Shown: positions 1 through 13,634, counted from the stretch's first letter. The stretch is DNA of 64,000 bases from an uncultured Candidatus Pelagibacter sp. (GCA_905612495.1 CAJQSF010000012.1:13147-77146), one strand, 5' to 3'. Made by a program: numbers and translations. The notes: generated from the letters alone by a model not told the origin.

Positions 1-1605
1 AGATGTGTAACAGATGATGTATTTACTTCTGTCCATATCGTTGAATATGAGGTTATGGCTAGAGATACTAAATTAGGTGAAGAAGACATAACAAGAGATA
101 TACCAAATGTTAATGAAGAAGCATTAAAAAATCTTGACGAATCAGGTATTGTTTATATTGGTGCTGAAGTTAAAGCTGGAGATATTCTTGTAGGTAAAGT
201 TACGCCAAAAGGTGATTCTGCTTCTGGACCAGAAGAAAAACTATTAAGGTCTATTTTTGGTGAAAAAGCTATTGACGTTACAGACACTTCATTGAGAATG
301 TCCAGGGGTAGTAGTGGAACAATTGTCGATGTAAGAGTTTTTAATAGACACGGTATTGAAAAAGATGAAAGATCTATAACAATTGAAAGAGCAGAAATTG
401 AAACTGTTCAACAAGATAAAATTGTTGAAGAAGAAATTTTAGAAAGAAGCATAAAGCAAAGAGCTAACCAAATTTTTTCAGGTGCTTCGTTAACTAAAAA
501 AAACAAAGATTTAGAAATAGGAACAAAACTTGACTTAGAAACTATAAACAAAATTAGCATTAACGATCTTTTCAAAGTTATAGTGGGAAATGTTAATGAT
601 GAAGCAAGTGTTGCGCAGTTAAAAGATCAATACAATACTGCTAAGCAAGACATTTTAGAAAGATTTGAAGACAAGGTTCTAAAAATTAGAAGTGGTGACG
701 ACTTATTACCAAGTGTTATGAAGATGGTTAAAGTCTTTGTTGCTATCAAAAGAAGATTAAGACCTGGTGATAAAATGTCAGGTAGACATGGTAATAAAGG
801 AGTAGTTAGTAAGATCGTTCCTGTTGAAGATATGCCTTATAGAGAAGATGGAAGACCAGTCGATATTGTATTAAACCCATTAGGTGTTCCAAGTCGTATG
901 AATGTCGGCCAAATTCTAGAAACTCACCTTGGTTGGGCGTGTAAAGAATTTGGTGAAGAGGTAAAAAGACTAGTAAATGAAAATAATAAAAAATTTGAAA
1001 AAACTCAAAAGATTTCATCCTTTTTAACGTCAGTTTATGGAAAAGATGTTTTTGATGGTGGTATTGATAAATTAAATAAAACTGAATTTGCAGATTTATG
1101 TGAAAATTTGCAAAATGGTATAGCTATTTCAACTCCAGTTTTTGATGGAGCGAAAGAAAAAGATGTTTCTGAAATGCTTGAGTTAGCTAAATTACCAACA
1201 TCTGGACAAACCAATTTATGGGATGGTAGAACTGGAGAAATGTTTGATAGACCTGTAACTGTTGGTATTATCTACATGTTAAAACTTCATCACCTTGTTG
1301 AAGATAAAATTCATGCTAGATCCACAGGACCTTACAGTCTTGTTACTCAACAGCCTTTGGGTGGTAAAGCCCAACTTGGTGGCCAAAGATTTGGTGAAAT
1401 GGAAGTTTGGGCATTAGAAGCTTATGGAGCATCTTATACTTTACAAGAAATTTTAACGGTTAAATCAGACGATGTTGCTGGTAGGGTTAAGGTTTACGAA
1501 ACCATTGTTAAAGGTGAGGAAAATTTTGAATCAGGAATACCAGAATCATTTAATGTATTAGTTAAAGAAATCAAATCATTGGCATTAAACATAGAGTTAA
1601 ATTAA
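1..1605 (+). CDS. rpoB: RNA polymerase beta subunit (5'-truncated by window)
   Basis: Frame open from base 1; [23 protein letters not shown] and [17 protein letters not shown] motifs. Confidence 0.99.
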   Translation, partial: RCVTDDVFTSVHIVEYEVMARDTKLGEEDITRDIPNVNEEALKNLDESGIVYIGAEVKAGDILVGKVTPKGDSASGPEEKLLRSIFGEKAIDVTDTSLRMSRGSSGTIVDVRVFNRHGIEKDERSITIERAEIETVQQDKIVEEEILERSIKQRANQIFSGASLTKKNKDLEIGTKLDLETINKISINDLFKVIVGNVNDEASVAQLKDQYNTAKQDILERFEDKVLKIRSGDDLLPSVMKMVKVFVAIKRRLRPGDKMSGRHGNKGVVSKIVPVEDMPYREDGRPVDIVLNPLGVPSRMNVGQILETHLGWACKEFGEEVKRLVNENNKKFEKTQKISSFLTSVYGKDVFDGGIDKLNKTEFADLCENLQNGIAISTPVFDGAKEKDVSEMLELAKLPTSGQTNLWDGRTGEMFDRPVTVGIIYMLKLHHLVEDKIHARSTGPYSLVTQQPLGGKAQLGGQRFGEMEVWALEAYGASYTLQEILTVKSDDVAGRVKVYETIVKGEENFESGIPESFNVLVKEIKSLALNIELN

Positions 1606-1607
1606 AT

Positions 1608-4600
1608 ATGAAAAAAGAACTAACAGATTTATTTAAAAACAGTGAAGTTTCAGAAGCTCAAAATTTTAGCAGTATTAAAATTACATTAGCCAGTCCAGAA
1701 AAAATTAAATCTTGGACTTATGGAGAAATCAAAAAGCCAGAGACTATTAATTATAGAACCTTTAGACCTGAAAAAGATGGTTTATTTTGTGCTAGAATTT
1801 TTGGTCCTATTAAAGATTATGAATGTTTGTGCGGTAAGTACAAAAGAATGAAATTTAGAGGAATTATTTGTGAAAAATGTGGTGTAGAAGTTACCAAATC
1901 AAATGTGCGTAGAGAAAGAATGGGTCACATTAATTTAGCAACACCTGTTGCTCACATATGGTTTTTAAAATCCCTACCAAGTAGAATTTCACTCGCTGTA
2001 GATATGAAGTTAAAAGAAGTGGAAAGAGTTTTATACTTTGAAAACTTCATAGTTATTGAGCCTGGAATGACTACTTTGCAAAAGAACCAACTTTTAAATG
2101 AAGAAGAGTTAGCAAAATATCAAGATGAATTTGGAGAAGAATCTTTTGAAGCCGGTATTGGTGCTGAAGCTATTCTTTCTATTTTAAGATCAATGGATCT
2201 GGATCTAGAGAGAAAAAAATTAATTAATACAATCAAAGAAACTAAATCTAAAGTTAATGAAGAGAGATCAATCAAGAGACTAAAATTAATTGAGTCATTT
2301 ATAGAAACGGGTCAAAAACCTGAATGGATGATCTTAACTGTTATTCCAGTAATTCCACCTGAGCTAAGACCGTTAGTTCCTTTAGATGGTGGTAGATTTG
2401 CTACATCTGATTTAAATGATCTTTACAGAAGAGTGATAAACAGAAACAACCGTTTAAAAAGATTAATGGACCTTAAAGCTCCTGACATTATTGTTAGAAA
2501 TGAAAAAAGAATGCTTCAAGAATCTGTTGATGCATTATTTGATAACGGTAGAAGAGGTAGAGTAATCACTGGAACTGGTAAAAGACCACTAAAATCTCTA
2601 GCAGAGATGTTGAAAGGTAAACAGGGTAGATTTAGACAAAATTTATTAGGAAAAAGAGTTGATTATTCTGGTAGATCAGTGATCGTTGTTGGTCCCGATC
2701 TTAAACTTCATGAGTGTGGTTTGCCAAAAAAGATGGCCTTAGAATTATTTAAACCATTCTTATATGCAAGACTTAATAAACTAGGATTAGCATCAACAAT
2801 TAAACAGGCAAAAAAACTAGTTGAAATGGAAACTAATGCTGTTTGGGATGCGCTTGAATTAATTGTTAGAGAGCACCCAGTATTGCTTAACCGTGCACCA
2901 ACACTTCATAGACTTGGTGTCCAAGCTTTTGAACCTAAATTAATTGAAGGTGACGCTATTGAATTACACCCATTATGTTGTGCAGCTTTTAACGCTGACT
3001 TTGATGGTGATCAAATGGCTGTACATGTTCCATTAAGTTTAGAAGCACAATTAGAAGCAAGAATTTTAATGCTTTCAACGAATAACATTTTAAGTCCATC
3101 CAATGGTAAGCCTATTATTGTACCTAGTCAGGATATGATTTTAGGTCTTTATTATTTGTCTCAAGCACCTTTTCAAACTGAAAAGCCCGACGGTTATTTT
3201 GTAAATAACAATGAAATTGAACACGCGTTATCAACTGGTCAAATAAAAGTACACTCAACAATTGTTTCTAGATTCGAAACAGCTGATGAGAACGGAAATA
3301 AAAAAATTGAAAAATATACAACAACTGCTGGAAGGTTTTTATTAGCAAACTTATTACCTAAAAATAAAAATATTACCTTTTCTATGATAGATAGATTGCT
3401 ACCAAAGAAAACAGTATCTGAGATCATAGATAGTGTTTTTAGATTTTGTGGGCAAAAAACTACAGTTATTTTTTGTGATCATTTAAAAGATTTAGGATTT
3501 AAGCATGCATTTAAAGCTGGTATTTCTTTCGGTAAAGATGATCTTGTTATTCCTCCAAACAAAGGCCAGTTAATCGAAGATACCAAAAAACTAATTGCTG
3601 ATTATGAGAATCAATACTCTGAAGGTTTAATTACTAGAGGAGAAAAATACAATAAAGTGGTTGATGCTTGGTCAAAATGTACCGATAAAGTAGCGGGTGA
3701 AATGATGAGAGGTATTTCAGCAACTGAAAGTACTCCAGATGGAATGAAAATTAACTCTGTATTTATGATGGCTGATAGTGGTGCGAGAGGATCTGCAGCA
3801 CAAATGAAACAACTAGCTGGAATGAGAGGGTTGATAGCTAAACCTTCTGGTGAAATTATAGAAACACCAATTATTTCTAATTTTAAGGAAGGTCTTACGG
3901 CTCTAGAATATTTTAACTCAACTCATGGAGCCAGAAAAGGTCTTGCAGATACTGCTTTAAAAACAGCTAGTTCAGGATATTTGACTAGAAGACTTTGTGA
4001 TGTTGCCCAGGATCTTACGATTTCTAAAATAAAGTGTGATAATCCCGGATTTATTGAATTAGGTGAAATTCTTGAGGGTGGAAATGTGGTTGTTAGTTTA
4101 TCTGAGAGAGCTTTAGGAAGGGTGACAGCATTTGATGTTAAAAACCCTATCACAGGTGAAGTTGTTATAAAAAAAAATATTATGATTGATGAATCTGGTT
4201 GCGATAAAATTGATGCTGCAGGTGTTAAGTTCATAAAAGCTTACTCTGTAATGACTTGTAGTTCTAAAAAAGGTGTTTGTGCTACTTGTTATGGGCGTGA
4301 TTTATCAAGAGGTAAGATGGTTCACGTTGGTGAGGCTATTGGTATGATTTCAGCCCAATCAATTGGAGAACCCGGCACACAGTTAACTATGAGAACTTTT
4401 CACGTCGGTGGAACTGCTTCTGTTAAACAAGAATCTCAAATTGTAACAAAAACAGCAGGTACACTTAAAATTGTTAACTCGAATTTACTAAAAGATTCTA
4501 AAAATAATTTAATTGTAATGGGAAGAAATACACAATTAACGATTGAAGATGATAATGGTCTTCAAGTTGCCGTTTATAAAGTAGCGTATGGGTCAAAATT

Positions 4601-5780
4601 ATTTTTTCAAAATGATGATAAAATTAAATCAAATGAAAAAATTTGTGAATGGGATCCTTATACAACTCCAGTAATTGCAGAAAAAGATGGTATTGCAGGT
4701 TTTGTTGATTTGATTGATGGAGTTTCTATTCAAGAAACAACTGATGATGCAACGGGAATTTCTTCCATATCAGTAGTTGATTGGAGAGCTCAATCAAAAA
4801 ACACCGATTTAAAACCAAGAATTACATTAAGAGATTCCAAAGGAAATGTTATTAAAAAAGCGGATGATAATGAAGCTAGATATTACTTAGTACCAGATTC
4901 AATTTTATCTGTGAAAGATGGTCAAAAAATATTTGCAGGTGACATAATTGCAAGATTACCTAAGGAAACAACTAAAACAAAAGACATTACTGGTGGATTA
5001 CCACGTGTTGCTGAATTATTCGAAGCAAGAAAAGCTAAAGATAGTGCAATTATTGCTGAAAATGATGGACAAGTTTTATTTGGAAAAGAAGTTAGAGGTA
5101 AACAGAAAATTTCTATCCAACCTGAGGACGGAGAACCTTCAAACTATTTAATTCCAAAAGGCAAACATATTAACTTTAACCAAGGTGAAAAAATTAAAAA
5201 AGGCGAATATCTACTTGATGGACAACCCTTACCTCATGATATTCTTAGAATCTTAGGTATAAAGGATTTAACAGAATATTTTGTAAACCAAGTTCAAGAA
5301 GTTTACAGATTACAGGGTGTAATAATTAATGATAAGCACATAGAAACTATTTTAAGACAAATGCTTAAAAAAGTTGAAATTAAAGAATCTGGCGATTCAC
5401 AATATTTACCTGGTGAAATGATTGATAGAATTAAATTTGACATAACAAATGAAAAACTTGTTGCAGAAGGAAAAAACCCTGCTGCTGGAGAAAGAGTTTT
5501 AATGGGAATTACGAAAGCATCACTTCAGACTGAATCGTTTATTTCAGCTGCATCCTTCCAGGAAACTACAAGAGTTCTTACAGATGCTGCCATTAAAGGT
5601 AAGGTCGACCCATTAAATGGCTTAAAAGAAAATGTTATTGTTGGTAGATTGGTTCCAGCTGGCACTGGTCACATCAAGAACAAATGGAATGCAAGTGCCA
5701 TTAAAGCTGATAATAAATTCTTAGAAGACCAGGATAAAATAGAACCTGCTGAAGCAACTGAAAGCCAAGCTAATCAATAA
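1608..5780 (+). CDS. rpoC: RNA polymerase beta' subunit
   Basis: NADFDGDQM catalytic motif, N-terminal Zn finger, 1390 aa. Confidence 0.99.
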   Translation: MKKELTDLFKNSEVSEAQNFSSIKITLASPEKIKSWTYGEIKKPETINYRTFRPEKDGLFCARIFGPIKDYECLCGKYKRMKFRGIICEKCGVEVTKSNVRRERMGHINLATPVAHIWFLKSLPSRISLAVDMKLKEVERVLYFENFIVIEPGMTTLQKNQLLNEEELAKYQDEFGEESFEAGIGAEAILSILRSMDLDLERKKLINTIKETKSKVNEERSIKRLKLIESFIETGQKPEWMILTVIPVIPPELRPLVPLDGGRFATSDLNDLYRRVINRNNRLKRLMDLKAPDIIVRNEKRMLQESVDALFDNGRRGRVITGTGKRPLKSLAEMLKGKQGRFRQNLLGKRVDYSGRSVIVVGPDLKLHECGLPKKMALELFKPFLYARLNKLGLASTIKQAKKLVEMETNAVWDALELIVREHPVLLNRAPTLHRLGVQAFEPKLIEGDAIELHPLCCAAFNADFDGDQMAVHVPLSLEAQLEARILMLSTNNILSPSNGKPIIVPSQDMILGLYYLSQAPFQTEKPDGYFVNNNEIEHALSTGQIKVHSTIVSRFETADENGNKKIEKYTTTAGRFLLANLLPKNKNITFSMIDRLLPKKTVSEIIDSVFRFCGQKTTVIFCDHLKDLGFKHAFKAGISFGKDDLVIPPNKGQLIEDTKKLIADYENQYSEGLITRGEKYNKVVDAWSKCTDKVAGEMMRGISATESTPDGMKINSVFMMADSGARGSAAQMKQLAGMRGLIAKPSGEIIETPIISNFKEGLTALEYFNSTHGARKGLADTALKTASSGYLTRRLCDVAQDLTISKIKCDNPGFIELGEILEGGNVVVSLSERALGRVTAFDVKNPITGEVVIKKNIMIDESGCDKIDAAGVKFIKAYSVMTCSSKKGVCATCYGRDLSRGKMVHVGEAIGMISAQSIGEPGTQLTMRTFHVGGTASVKQESQIVTKTAGTLKIVNSNLLKDSKNNLIVMGRNTQLTIEDDNGLQVAVYKVAYGSKLFFQNDDKIKSNEKICEWDPYTTPVIAEKDGIAGFVDLIDGVSIQETTDDATGISSISVVDWRAQSKNTDLKPRITLRDSKGNVIKKADDNEARYYLVPDSILSVKDGQKIFAGDIIARLPKETTKTKDITGGLPRVAELFEARKAKDSAIIAENDGQVLFGKEVRGKQKISIQPEDGEPSNYLIPKGKHINFNQGEKIKKGEYLLDGQPLPHDILRILGIKDLTEYFVNQVQEVYRLQGVIINDKHIETILRQMLKKVEIKESGDSQYLPGEMIDRIKFDITNEKLVAEGKNPAAGERVLMGITKASLQTESFISAASFQETTRVLTDAAIKGKVDPLNGLKENVIVGRLVPAGTGHIKNKWNASAIKADNKFLEDQDKIEPAEATESQANQ

Positions 5781-5808
5781 ATAAACACGTTTTAATTGTA
5801 GTTTTAGT

Positions 5809-5836
5809 TTGACAAAGTTAAATTAAACAGTATTTT
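5809..5836 (+). promoter_or_regulatory. Putative sigma70 promoter of the str operon
   Basis: TTGACA (5809-5814), 16 bp spacer, TATTTT (5831-5836) upstream of rpsL. Confidence 0.5.
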
Positions 5837-5842
5837 GACGAT

Positions 5843-5946
5843 GTTTTTGGTTGGAATGTAGTACCTACTTTAAGGAACTAAACGCTGCCACAAAATAACC
5901 TGTCAGTTATTTTCATTCAAAAATAAATTAATTAATTAAAAAATTT
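5843..5946 (+). promoter_or_regulatory. Putative structured rpsL 5' leader
   Basis: Long intergenic region for this genome; perfect hairpin AAAATAAC-ctgtca-GTTATTTT at 5892-5913. Confidence 0.4.
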
Positions 5947-6318
5947 ATGCCAACTATTAATCAGTTGTTAAGAAAGAAAAGAACCAGACCTGTTGCAAGG
6001 AACAAAGTTCCTGCATTAGAAAAACAGCCCTTAAAAAGAGGTGTGTGTCTTAAAGTTTATACAACAACCCCCAAGAAACCTAACTCAGCATTAAGAAAAG
6101 TTGCAAGAGTTAGACTTTCAAACGGCTTTGAAGTTACAGCTTATATTGGTGGTGAAGGACATAATCTTCAAGAACACTCAGTGGTTTTAATCAGAGGTGG
6201 TCGTGTAAAAGATTTACCTGGTGTTCGTTATCATATTCTTAGAGGAAATTTAGACACACAAGCAGTCGCAAATAGAAAGAAACGTAGATCTCTATATGGA
6301 ACTAAAAAAGGTAAATAA
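5947..6318 (+). CDS. rpsL: 30S ribosomal protein S12
   Basis: [10 protein letters not shown] and [10 protein letters not shown] motifs. Confidence 0.99.
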   Translation: MPTINQLLRKKRTRPVARNKVPALEKQPLKRGVCLKVYTTTPKKPNSALRKVARVRLSNGFEVTAYIGGEGHNLQEHSVVLIRGGRVKDLPGVRYHILRGNLDTQAVANRKKRRSLYGTKKGK

Positions 6319-6320
6319 TT

Positions 6321-6791
6321 ATGTCTAGAAAAAAAACTCAACCAAAAAAAGTTGTTATTCCAGATCCAATTTTTAAATCCACTATTATTCCAAAATTAAT
6401 CAACTCCATTATGTATGATGGAAAAAAAGTTGTTGCTGAAAAAATAGTTTATGAAGCAATCGAAAAAATTAAATCAAAAACTAAAGAAGAGCCAATTAAT
6501 GTTTTTAATGAAGCAATTAATAACATCAAACCTACTGTAGAAGTTAGATCACGAAGAGTGGGTGGTGCAACGTATCAAGTTCCTGTTGAAGTAAAATCTA
6601 ACAGAGCTCAAGCTTTAGCTATTAGATGGCTTGTTGATGCTTCAAGAAAAAGAAAAGACAAACACATGTCTGATAAGATTTTTAATGAACTGTATGACGC
6701 TTATGAAAAAAAAGGATCCGCAGTTAAAAAAAGAGAAGATGTACATAAAATGGCAGAATCAAATAAGGCTTTTGCTCATTTTAGGTGGTAA
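6321..6791 (+). CDS. rpsG: 30S ribosomal protein S7
   Basis: RRVGGATYQVP, AESNKAFAHFRW. Confidence 0.99.
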   Translation: MSRKKTQPKKVVIPDPIFKSTIIPKLINSIMYDGKKVVAEKIVYEAIEKIKSKTKEEPINVFNEAINNIKPTVEVRSRRVGGATYQVPVEVKSNRAQALAIRWLVDASRKRKDKHMSDKIFNELYDAYEKKGSAVKKREDVHKMAESNKAFAHFRW

Positions 6792-6797
6792 AAATTT

Positions 6798-8876
6798 ATG
6801 GCTAGAACGAATACATTAGATACATATAGAAATATTGGAATTATGGCGCATATCGATGCCGGTAAAACCACTACTACTGAAAGAATTTTATACTATACGG
6901 GAAAAAGTCATAAAATAGGTGAAGTTCACGATGGCGCTGCAACAATGGATTGGATGGAACAAGAACAAGAAAGAGGAATTACAATTACTTCAGCTGCAAC
7001 TACTTGTTTTTGGAATGACCATAGAATTAATATTATTGATACTCCTGGTCACGTAGATTTTACTATTGAAGTTGAAAGATCATTAAAAGTTTTAGACGGC
7101 GCTGTATGTGTTTTTGATGGAGTTGCAGGCGTTGAGCCTCAATCCGAAACAGTATGGAGACAAGCTGATAAATATAAAGTTCCAAGAATTTGCTTTGTAA
7201 ATAAATTAGACAGAACAGGTGCAGATTTTTATAGATGTGTGGATATGATTAGAGATAGACTTGGTTGCAAACCTTTAGTTATACAAATCCCAATTGGTAT
7301 GGAAGCAGATTTAGTAGGAGTTGTTGACTTAGTTAAGATGAAGGCCCAGATTTGGAAAAATGAAGCCTTAGGTGCTGAATGGGAATATAAAGAAATTCCT
7401 GATGATTTAAAAGAGATTACCCAAAAATATAGAACTGAGCTTGTTGAAACTGCTGTTGAACAAGATGAAAAGTTAATGGAAAGTTATTTAAATGGTGATG
7501 AGATTAAAGAAGAAGATTTAATTAAATGCATAAGAAAAGGAACTCTAAACTTTAGTTTTGTTCCTATAACTACTGGTTCAGCCTTTAAAAATAAAGGGGT
7601 TCAACCATTACTTGATGCAGTTATTGACTATTTACCAAGTCCAATTGATATTGGCTCTATTAATGGAACAAAACCTGGCACAGATGATGTTGTTGAAATG
7701 AAATTTGATGATGCGGCTGGTTTTTCTGCTCTAGCATTTAAAGTTGCTAACGACCCATTTGTAGGATCTTTAACCTTTATAAGAGTTTATTCTGGAACAA
7801 TTAAAACTGGAACTGCAATATATAATACCTCAAAAGAAAAAGAGGAAAGAGTCGGTAGAATGCTTTTAATGCATGCAAACTCTAGAGAAGATATCAAAGA
7901 AGCAAATGCAGGCGACATTGTTGCGTTGGCAGGACTAAAATACACAATAACTGGTCACACTTTATGTGATGAAGCTAACCCAGTTTTATTAGAACCGATG
8001 GAATTTCCAGAGCCAGTGATTGAAATTGCTGTTGAACCTAAAACAAAAGCTGACCAAGAAAAAATGGGTGAAGCTTTAGCGAGATTAGCAAAAGAAGACC
8101 CTTCATTTAGGGTAACTTCAGATGAAGAATCTGGTCAAACTATTATTAAAGGTATGGGTGAGCTCCATCTAGATATTATTGTTGATCGTATGAAAAGAGA
8201 ATTTAATGTTGAAGCTAATATTGGTGCACCTCAAGTTGCTTACCGTGAAACTATTCAAAATTCTTCTGAGTTTGAATATACCCACAAAAAGCAAAGTGGT
8301 GGTGCTGGACAATTTGCAAAAGTTAAACTTTTAGTAGAACCTCAAGAGCCTGGTAAAGGTAGGGAGGTTGATAGTAAAATTAAAGGTGGATCAATTCCGA
8401 AAGAATTCATTCCTGGTGTTGAGAAAGGTATAGAAACAATATCTGATGGTGGAATTTTAGCTGGATTCCCTTTAATTGATTATAAAGTTACAATTTTAGA
8501 TGGATTACATCACGACGTTGACTCTAGCGTTCTTGCTTTTGAATTAGCCGGTAGAGCTTGTTTTAAGGAAGCATGTACTAGAGGTGGATTAAAATTATTA
8601 GAGCCAGTAATGAGAGTTGAAGTAGTAACTCCTGAAGATTACATGGGCGACGTTATTGGTGATTTAAATAGTAGAAGAGGTCAAATAAGTGAACAGGAAA
8701 GCAGAGGAAATGCGACCGTTATAACAGCGATGGTTCCTTTGGCTAATATGTTTGGATATATAAATAGTTTAAGATCAATGTCACAAGGAAGAGCTCAATA
8801 TTCAATGTTCTTTGATCATTATTCTAAAGTCCCACAAAACGTACAGGATGAAGTAACCAAAAAGATTGCTGGATAA
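6798..8876 (+). CDS. fusA: Elongation factor G
   Basis: [17 protein letters not shown] and NKLD GTPase motifs. Confidence 0.99.
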   Translation: MARTNTLDTYRNIGIMAHIDAGKTTTTERILYYTGKSHKIGEVHDGAATMDWMEQEQERGITITSAATTCFWNDHRINIIDTPGHVDFTIEVERSLKVLDGAVCVFDGVAGVEPQSETVWRQADKYKVPRICFVNKLDRTGADFYRCVDMIRDRLGCKPLVIQIPIGMEADLVGVVDLVKMKAQIWKNEALGAEWEYKEIPDDLKEITQKYRTELVETAVEQDEKLMESYLNGDEIKEEDLIKCIRKGTLNFSFVPITTGSAFKNKGVQPLLDAVIDYLPSPIDIGSINGTKPGTDDVVEMKFDDAAGFSALAFKVANDPFVGSLTFIRVYSGTIKTGTAIYNTSKEKEERVGRMLLMHANSREDIKEANAGDIVALAGLKYTITGHTLCDEANPVLLEPMEFPEPVIEIAVEPKTKADQEKMGEALARLAKEDPSFRVTSDEESGQTIIKGMGELHLDIIVDRMKREFNVEANIGAPQVAYRETIQNSSEFEYTHKKQSGGAGQFAKVKLLVEPQEPGKGREVDSKIKGGSIPKEFIPGVEKGIETISDGGILAGFPLIDYKVTILDGLHHDVDSSVLAFELAGRACFKEACTRGGLKLLEPVMRVEVVTPEDYMGDVIGDLNSRRGQISEQESRGNATVITAMVPLANMFGYINSLRSMSQGRAQYSMFFDHYSKVPQNVQDEVTKKIAG

Positions 8877-8881
8877 TTATT

Positions 8882-9190
8882 ATGGAAAAACAAAATATTA
8901 GAATTAAATTAAGAGCTTATGACAATAAAATCTTAGATGCATCTACAGAAGAGATTGTTAACACTGTTAAAAGAACAGGTGCAACAGTTAAAGGTCCAAT
9001 ACCACTACCAACTAGAATTGAAAAATACACAGTTTTAAAAGGACCCCACATTGATAAAAAAAGTAGAGAGCAATTTGAAACAAGAACGCATAAAAGATTG
9101 ATTGATATCATTGAACCTACACCTCAAACTGTAGAAGCTTTAATGAAACTAGATTTAGCGTCAGGTGTTGATGTGGAGATAAAAATTTAA
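8882..9190 (+). CDS. rpsJ: 30S ribosomal protein S10
   Basis: GPIPLPT, KSREQFE. Confidence 0.99.
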   Translation: MEKQNIRIKLRAYDNKILDASTEEIVNTVKRTGATVKGPIPLPTRIEKYTVLKGPHIDKKSREQFETRTHKRLIDIIEPTPQTVEALMKLDLASGVDVEIKI

Positions 9191-9192
9191 TT

Positions 9193-9903
9193 ATGACTGA
9201 AATAGCTTTAGTAGGAAAAAAAATTGGTATGACTAGAGAGTTTTATAAAACCGGTCGTTTGGTTCCTGTTACAGTAATAAAAATGGAAAAAGCAAGAGTT
9301 ATTAGTGTGATTGAAGAAGATAAACGTGGGTACAAAGCAATACAATTGGGATTTGGAAATATTAAAAGTTCAAAACTGACAAAAGCTATGAAGGGCATGT
9401 ATGCAAAGAAAAATACAGAAGCCAAGAAGAAGTTAAAGGAATTTAGAGTAAAAGACACCGAGATATACAAAGAAGGTAATGAATTTGGTTTAGAAATTTT
9501 TAATGAAGTAAAATTTGTTGATACTACTTCAAAAACTATTGGTAAAGGTTTTGCTGGAGCAATGAAAAGACACAATTTTGGTGGCTTAAGAGCTACTCAC
9601 GGTGTTTCAGTTTCCCACAGATCTCATGGTTCAACAGGTCAAAGGCAAGATCCTGGTAAAGTTTTTAAAGGAAAGAAAATGGCAGGTCACATGGGTGATA
9701 GAGTTAGAACTATGCAAAATTTAGAGATTATTAAAACCGATTTAGAAAATGAATTATTGTACGTAAAAGGTTCAATACCTGGCTCAAAGAATTCAGAAAT
9801 ACTGGTTAAACAATCAGTTAAAGTTATTAATAAAATGACTATTCAAGAAAAAATTGCAGCTGCTGAAGAAGCTAAAAAAACACCAGATAAAAAGAAAAGA
9901 TAA
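9193..9903 (+). CDS. rplC: 50S ribosomal protein L3
   Basis: GKGFAGAMKRHNF, KKMAGHMG. Confidence 0.99.
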   Translation: MTEIALVGKKIGMTREFYKTGRLVPVTVIKMEKARVISVIEEDKRGYKAIQLGFGNIKSSKLTKAMKGMYAKKNTEAKKKLKEFRVKDTEIYKEGNEFGLEIFNEVKFVDTTSKTIGKGFAGAMKRHNFGGLRATHGVSVSHRSHGSTGQRQDPGKVFKGKKMAGHMGDRVRTMQNLEIIKTDLENELLYVKGSIPGSKNSEILVKQSVKVINKMTIQEKIAAAEEAKKTPDKKKR

Positions 9904-10526
9904 TGAAAATAGATAAAATAAATTTAGATGGGAAAAAAGACTCTATTGAAGTTTTAGATAAAATCTTTTCAGCAAAAATAAATAAAAAACTAGTAGATAA
10001 TGTTTTATACAAAACCAACGCTAACTACAAAGGTAGGCACGCTAAAACAAAACAGCAAAATGAGATTGCTGGATCTACTTCAAAAATTTATGCTCAAAAA
10101 GGAACTGGTGGAGCCCGTCATGCTAGTAGAAAAGCCCCTATATTTGTTGGTGGTGGTGTTGCACACGGCCCCAAAGGTGAACTTGCCTATAAAAAAAGAA
10201 AACTAAATAAAAGTGAAAAAAAATTGAGTATAGCATCGCTAATTACTGAAAAAAACAAACTAAATAAATTATTAATCTTTAGTGATTTTGCTACTGAAAT
10301 TAAGAAAACTAAAGAGATGTATTCAATCATTAAAAAATTTGAATTAACTCATTCATTAATAATTTTAGATAAGATTTCAAAAGATAAAGTTGAAAAATCT
10401 ATGAGAAATATTCCAAACGTTAAAGTTACTGACATTAATCACTTTAGTGCTTTTGATATTATTAAATTTAAAAAAGTTGTATTTACTGAAAGCTCAATAA
10501 AAGAACTAGAAAAGAGATATTCTTAA
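9903..10526 (+). CDS. rplD: 50S ribosomal protein L4
   Basis: QKGTGGARH...GGGVAHGPK. Confidence 0.98.
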   Translation: MKIDKINLDGKKDSIEVLDKIFSAKINKKLVDNVLYKTNANYKGRHAKTKQQNEIAGSTSKIYAQKGTGGARHASRKAPIFVGGGVAHGPKGELAYKKRKLNKSEKKLSIASLITEKNKLNKLLIFSDFATEIKKTKEMYSIIKKFELTHSLIILDKISKDKVEKSMRNIPNVKVTDINHFSAFDIIKFKKVVFTESSIKELEKRYS

Positions 10527-10527
10527 A

Positions 10528-10821
10528 ATGGATAAAATACACTTATACGATAAAATATTATCACCCATGGTTACTGAAAAGACTACAAATCTCTCTGAAC
10601 AAAACAAAATTGTATTTAAAGTTCCAAGAGAAGCTAATAAAATTAATTTAAAAAAAAATATTGAAAAAATTTTTAAAGTTAATGTTATTAAGATTAACAT
10701 TATAAATAAACAAAACAGAAAAGTTGTTAAAAGAGGGAAAAAAGTAAATGTTCAAGGATATAAAAAAGCAATTATAACTCTAAAAAAAGGTCAAAGTATT
10801 GATCTAACAACAGGAATTTAA
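10528..10821 (+). CDS. rplW: 50S ribosomal protein L23
   Basis: PMVTEK, YKKAIITL; operon position. Confidence 0.97.
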   Translation: MDKIHLYDKILSPMVTEKTTNLSEQNKIVFKVPREANKINLKKNIEKIFKVNVIKINIINKQNRKVVKRGKKVNVQGYKKAIITLKKGQSIDLTTGI

Positions 10822-10824
10822 ATA

Positions 10825-11670
10825 ATGGCATTAAAAACCTTCAAACCATATACAAAATCAACAAGAGGAACTGTCCTTGTTGATAGAACTGGCCTATGGA
10901 AAGGTAAACCTTTTAAAGCGCTTGTTGAGCCTAAAAGTTCAATGCGTGGGAGAAATAATAATGGCCACATTACTTCAAGAAATATGTCGGGTGGTGGGCA
11001 TAAGAAAATGTATAGACTAGTTGATTTTTATAGGAAAAAATTTGACGTACCTGGAACAGTTGAGCGTATTGAATATGATCCAAATAGATCGTGTTATATT
11101 ATGTTAATCAAATTTGAAGATGGAACTCATTTTTACTATTTAGCACCTCAAAAAATCAACGTTGGTGATCTAGTTGAAAATGGATCTGCTAAAGAGATTA
11201 AAGTTGGAAATTGTATGCCGTTAAGAGATATTCCAGTAGGTGTAAACGTACATAATGTTGAATTACAGCCAGGCGGTGGTGGAAAAATAGCAAGATCAGC
11301 AGGAACATCTGTCACTATAAGCGGTTTAGACGGTAATTACTCATTAATTAAAATGACATCTGGAGAGGTTAGAAAAATAGATTCAAGATGTATGGCAACT
11401 ATAGGTGTTTTGTCGAACCCAGATCAAAAAAATATTAAAATTGGTAAAGCTGGAAGATCAAGATGGCTAGGTAGAAGACCTCATACTAGAGGAGTTGTGA
11501 TGAACCCAGTTGATCACCCACACGGTGGTGGTGAAGGTAAGAGTGCTGGTGGAAGACATCCGGTATCACCAACAGGTCAAGGTGCTAAAGGATTAAAAAC
11601 AAGAACAAATGCAAGAACAGACAAATTTATAGTTAAAAGAAGAAATAAAAGAAAGGATTCTAAAAAATAA
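10825..11670 (+). CDS. rplB: 50S ribosomal protein L2
   Basis: [17 protein letters not shown]. Confidence 0.99.
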   Translation: MALKTFKPYTKSTRGTVLVDRTGLWKGKPFKALVEPKSSMRGRNNNGHITSRNMSGGGHKKMYRLVDFYRKKFDVPGTVERIEYDPNRSCYIMLIKFEDGTHFYYLAPQKINVGDLVENGSAKEIKVGNCMPLRDIPVGVNVHNVELQPGGGGKIARSAGTSVTISGLDGNYSLIKMTSGEVRKIDSRCMATIGVLSNPDQKNIKIGKAGRSRWLGRRPHTRGVVMNPVDHPHGGGEGKSAGGRHPVSPTGQGAKGLKTRTNARTDKFIVKRRNKRKDSKK

Positions 11671-11963
11671 TGGCTAGATCAGTGTGGAAAGGTCCTTTTG
11701 TTGAAGAAAGTTTAATTAAAAAAGTTGAAAAACAAAAATTAGACCCAAAAAAAATGCCAATTAAAACTTGGTCAAGAAAGTCAACTATAATTCCTGAATT
11801 TATTGGTGTTAGTTTTTTGATTTACAATGGTAAAAAATTTATACCAGTTACTATATCTGAAGATATGGTAGGTCACAAACTTGGTGAATTTTCACCTACT
11901 AGAACATTCTTTGGTCACACGCCAGCTGATAAAAAAGCTAAACCTGCAGAGAAGAAAAAATAA
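11670..11963 (+). CDS. rpsS: 30S ribosomal protein S19
   Basis: [19 protein letters not shown]. Confidence 0.99.
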   Translation: MARSVWKGPFVEESLIKKVEKQKLDPKKMPIKTWSRKSTIIPEFIGVSFLIYNGKKFIPVTISEDMVGHKLGEFSPTRTFFGHTPADKKAKPAEKKK

Positions 11964-11965
11964 TT

Positions 11966-12364
11966 ATGAACAAGACAAAGAAAATTAATAGAATAAAAGT
12001 AGATACAGTTAGGTCGGTAAATAACAATATTAGATCTAGTGTAAGAAAACTTAATCCAATTCTTAAGGCAATTGTCGGAAAAAAAGTTGATGTCGCTATT
12101 AGAGAATTACAATTCTCTGCAAAAAGAATAACTAGAGAAATTAGGAAAACTGTTTCATCAGCTATTGCTAATGCTGAAAATAATAATCAATATGATATTG
12201 ATAAATTAATTGTGAAAGAGGCTTATTGTGGAAAAAAAGTTGTTATGAAAAGATTTAGACCTAGAGCAAAAGGAAGAGCTGCGCCAATTTTAAAGCCATA
12301 TTCAACAATTACTATTATATTATCAGAAGCAAAACAAATGGAGAGTCATGGGACAAAAAGTTAA
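11966..12364 (+). CDS. rplV: 50S ribosomal protein L22
   Basis: [20 protein letters not shown]. Confidence 0.98.
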   Translation: MNKTKKINRIKVDTVRSVNNNIRSSVRKLNPILKAIVGKKVDVAIRELQFSAKRITREIRKTVSSAIANAENNNQYDIDKLIVKEAYCGKKVVMKRFRPRAKGRAAPILKPYSTITIILSEAKQMESHGTKS

Positions 12365-13028
12365 TCCGATAGGTTTTAGACTTGGCGTAAATAGAGGCTG
12401 GGACTCTGTTTGGTATGCTAAAAAGAAGGATTTTGGAAATTATCTAATAGAAGATTTTAAAATTAGAGCTTACATAAAAAAAAATGTAGTTAACTCTGGT
12501 GTATCAAAAGTGATGATTGAAAGAACTTCAAATAAATGTTTTGTTACAATCTACACTTCAAGACCCGGATTTGTTATTGGTAAAAAAGGTAGTGATATTG
12601 ATAAGATTAAAAATAATCTATCTAAATTCACTAGCAATGAAGTAACTCTAAATATTAAAGAAATTAAAAAACCCGAAACTAATGCTTATTTAGTAGCTGA
12701 AAATATTGCTCAACAACTTGTAAAAAGAATATCTTATAGAAGGGCAATGAAAAGAGCCATGCAGTCTTGCATGAGATTAGGTGCAAGAGGAATTAAGGTG
12801 TCAATAAGTGGTCGACTTGGAGGTAACGAGATTGCAAGAACGGAATGGTTAAGAGAGGGCAGTATTCCTTCTCATACATTAAGAGCTGATATCGATTATG
12901 ATGAAGCTGAAGCTTTAACTACTTTTGGAATAATTGGAATTAAAGTTTGGATTTATAAAGGTGAGGTATTTGCAAGAGAATTTAGTCAAGAAACAAATAA
13001 AATAATACCTAAAGAGGGTAAAATATAA
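12348..13028 (+). CDS. rpsC: 30S ribosomal protein S3
   Basis: [26 protein letters not shown]. Confidence 0.99.
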   Translation: MGQKVNPIGFRLGVNRGWDSVWYAKKKDFGNYLIEDFKIRAYIKKNVVNSGVSKVMIERTSNKCFVTIYTSRPGFVIGKKGSDIDKIKNNLSKFTSNEVTLNIKEIKKPETNAYLVAENIAQQLVKRISYRRAMKRAMQSCMRLGARGIKVSISGRLGGNEIARTEWLREGSIPSHTLRADIDYDEAEALTTFGIIGIKVWIYKGEVFAREFSQETNKIIPKEGKI

Positions 13029-13030
13029 TT

Positions 13031-13441
13031 ATGTTGCAACCTGTTAGAACAAAATTTAGAAAAGCACACAAAGGCAGAATTCACGGAACAGCTACTCGTG
13101 CTGCAAAGATTAACTACGGTTCGTTTGCATTAAAAGCGATGGCACCTGAAAGAATTATTGGAAAACAAATTGAGGCTGCAAGAGTTGCTCTAACTAGGCA
13201 TATGAAAAGACAAGGTCGTGTTTGGACTAGAATTTTTCCTAATATACCCGTTTCTAAGAAGCCCGTTGAAGTGCGTATGGGTAAAGGTAAAGGTGCTCCT
13301 GAGTATTGGGCATGCAGAGTTAAACCGGGTAGAATTCTATTTGAAATTGATGGAGTGTCAGAAACAATTGCAAAAGAAGCTCTTTACAAGGCATCTGCAA
13401 AATTGCCCATTAAAACTAAATTTATAAAAAGATTTGTATAG
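13031..13441 (+). CDS. rplP: 50S ribosomal protein L16
   Basis: EVRMGKGKG. Confidence 0.99.
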   Translation: MLQPVRTKFRKAHKGRIHGTATRAAKINYGSFALKAMAPERIIGKQIEAARVALTRHMKRQGRVWTRIFPNIPVSKKPVEVRMGKGKGAPEYWACRVKPGRILFEIDGVSETIAKEALYKASAKLPIKTKFIKRFV

Positions 13442-13442
13442 T

Positions 13443-13634
13443 ATGAAAAAACAAGAAATTAAAAAATTATCTAAAGATGAAGTTTTAAAGAATATAGATA
13501 AGTTAAAAAAAGATTTATTTAATTTTAGATTTCAGAGAATTAACTCTGAAATTAAAGATCCATCAAAAATAGGCCAGACAAAAAAAACAATAGCAAGATT
13601 AAAAACTATACTAAGGGAAAAATTAAATGCCTAA
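13443..13634 (+). CDS. rpmC: 50S ribosomal protein L29
   Basis: LFNFRFQ, IARLKT; ATG at 13443 preferred over the ORF-track start. Confidence 0.95.
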   Translation: MKKQEIKKLSKDEVLKNIDKLKKDLFNFRFQRINSEIKDPSKIGQTKKTIARLKTILREKLNA

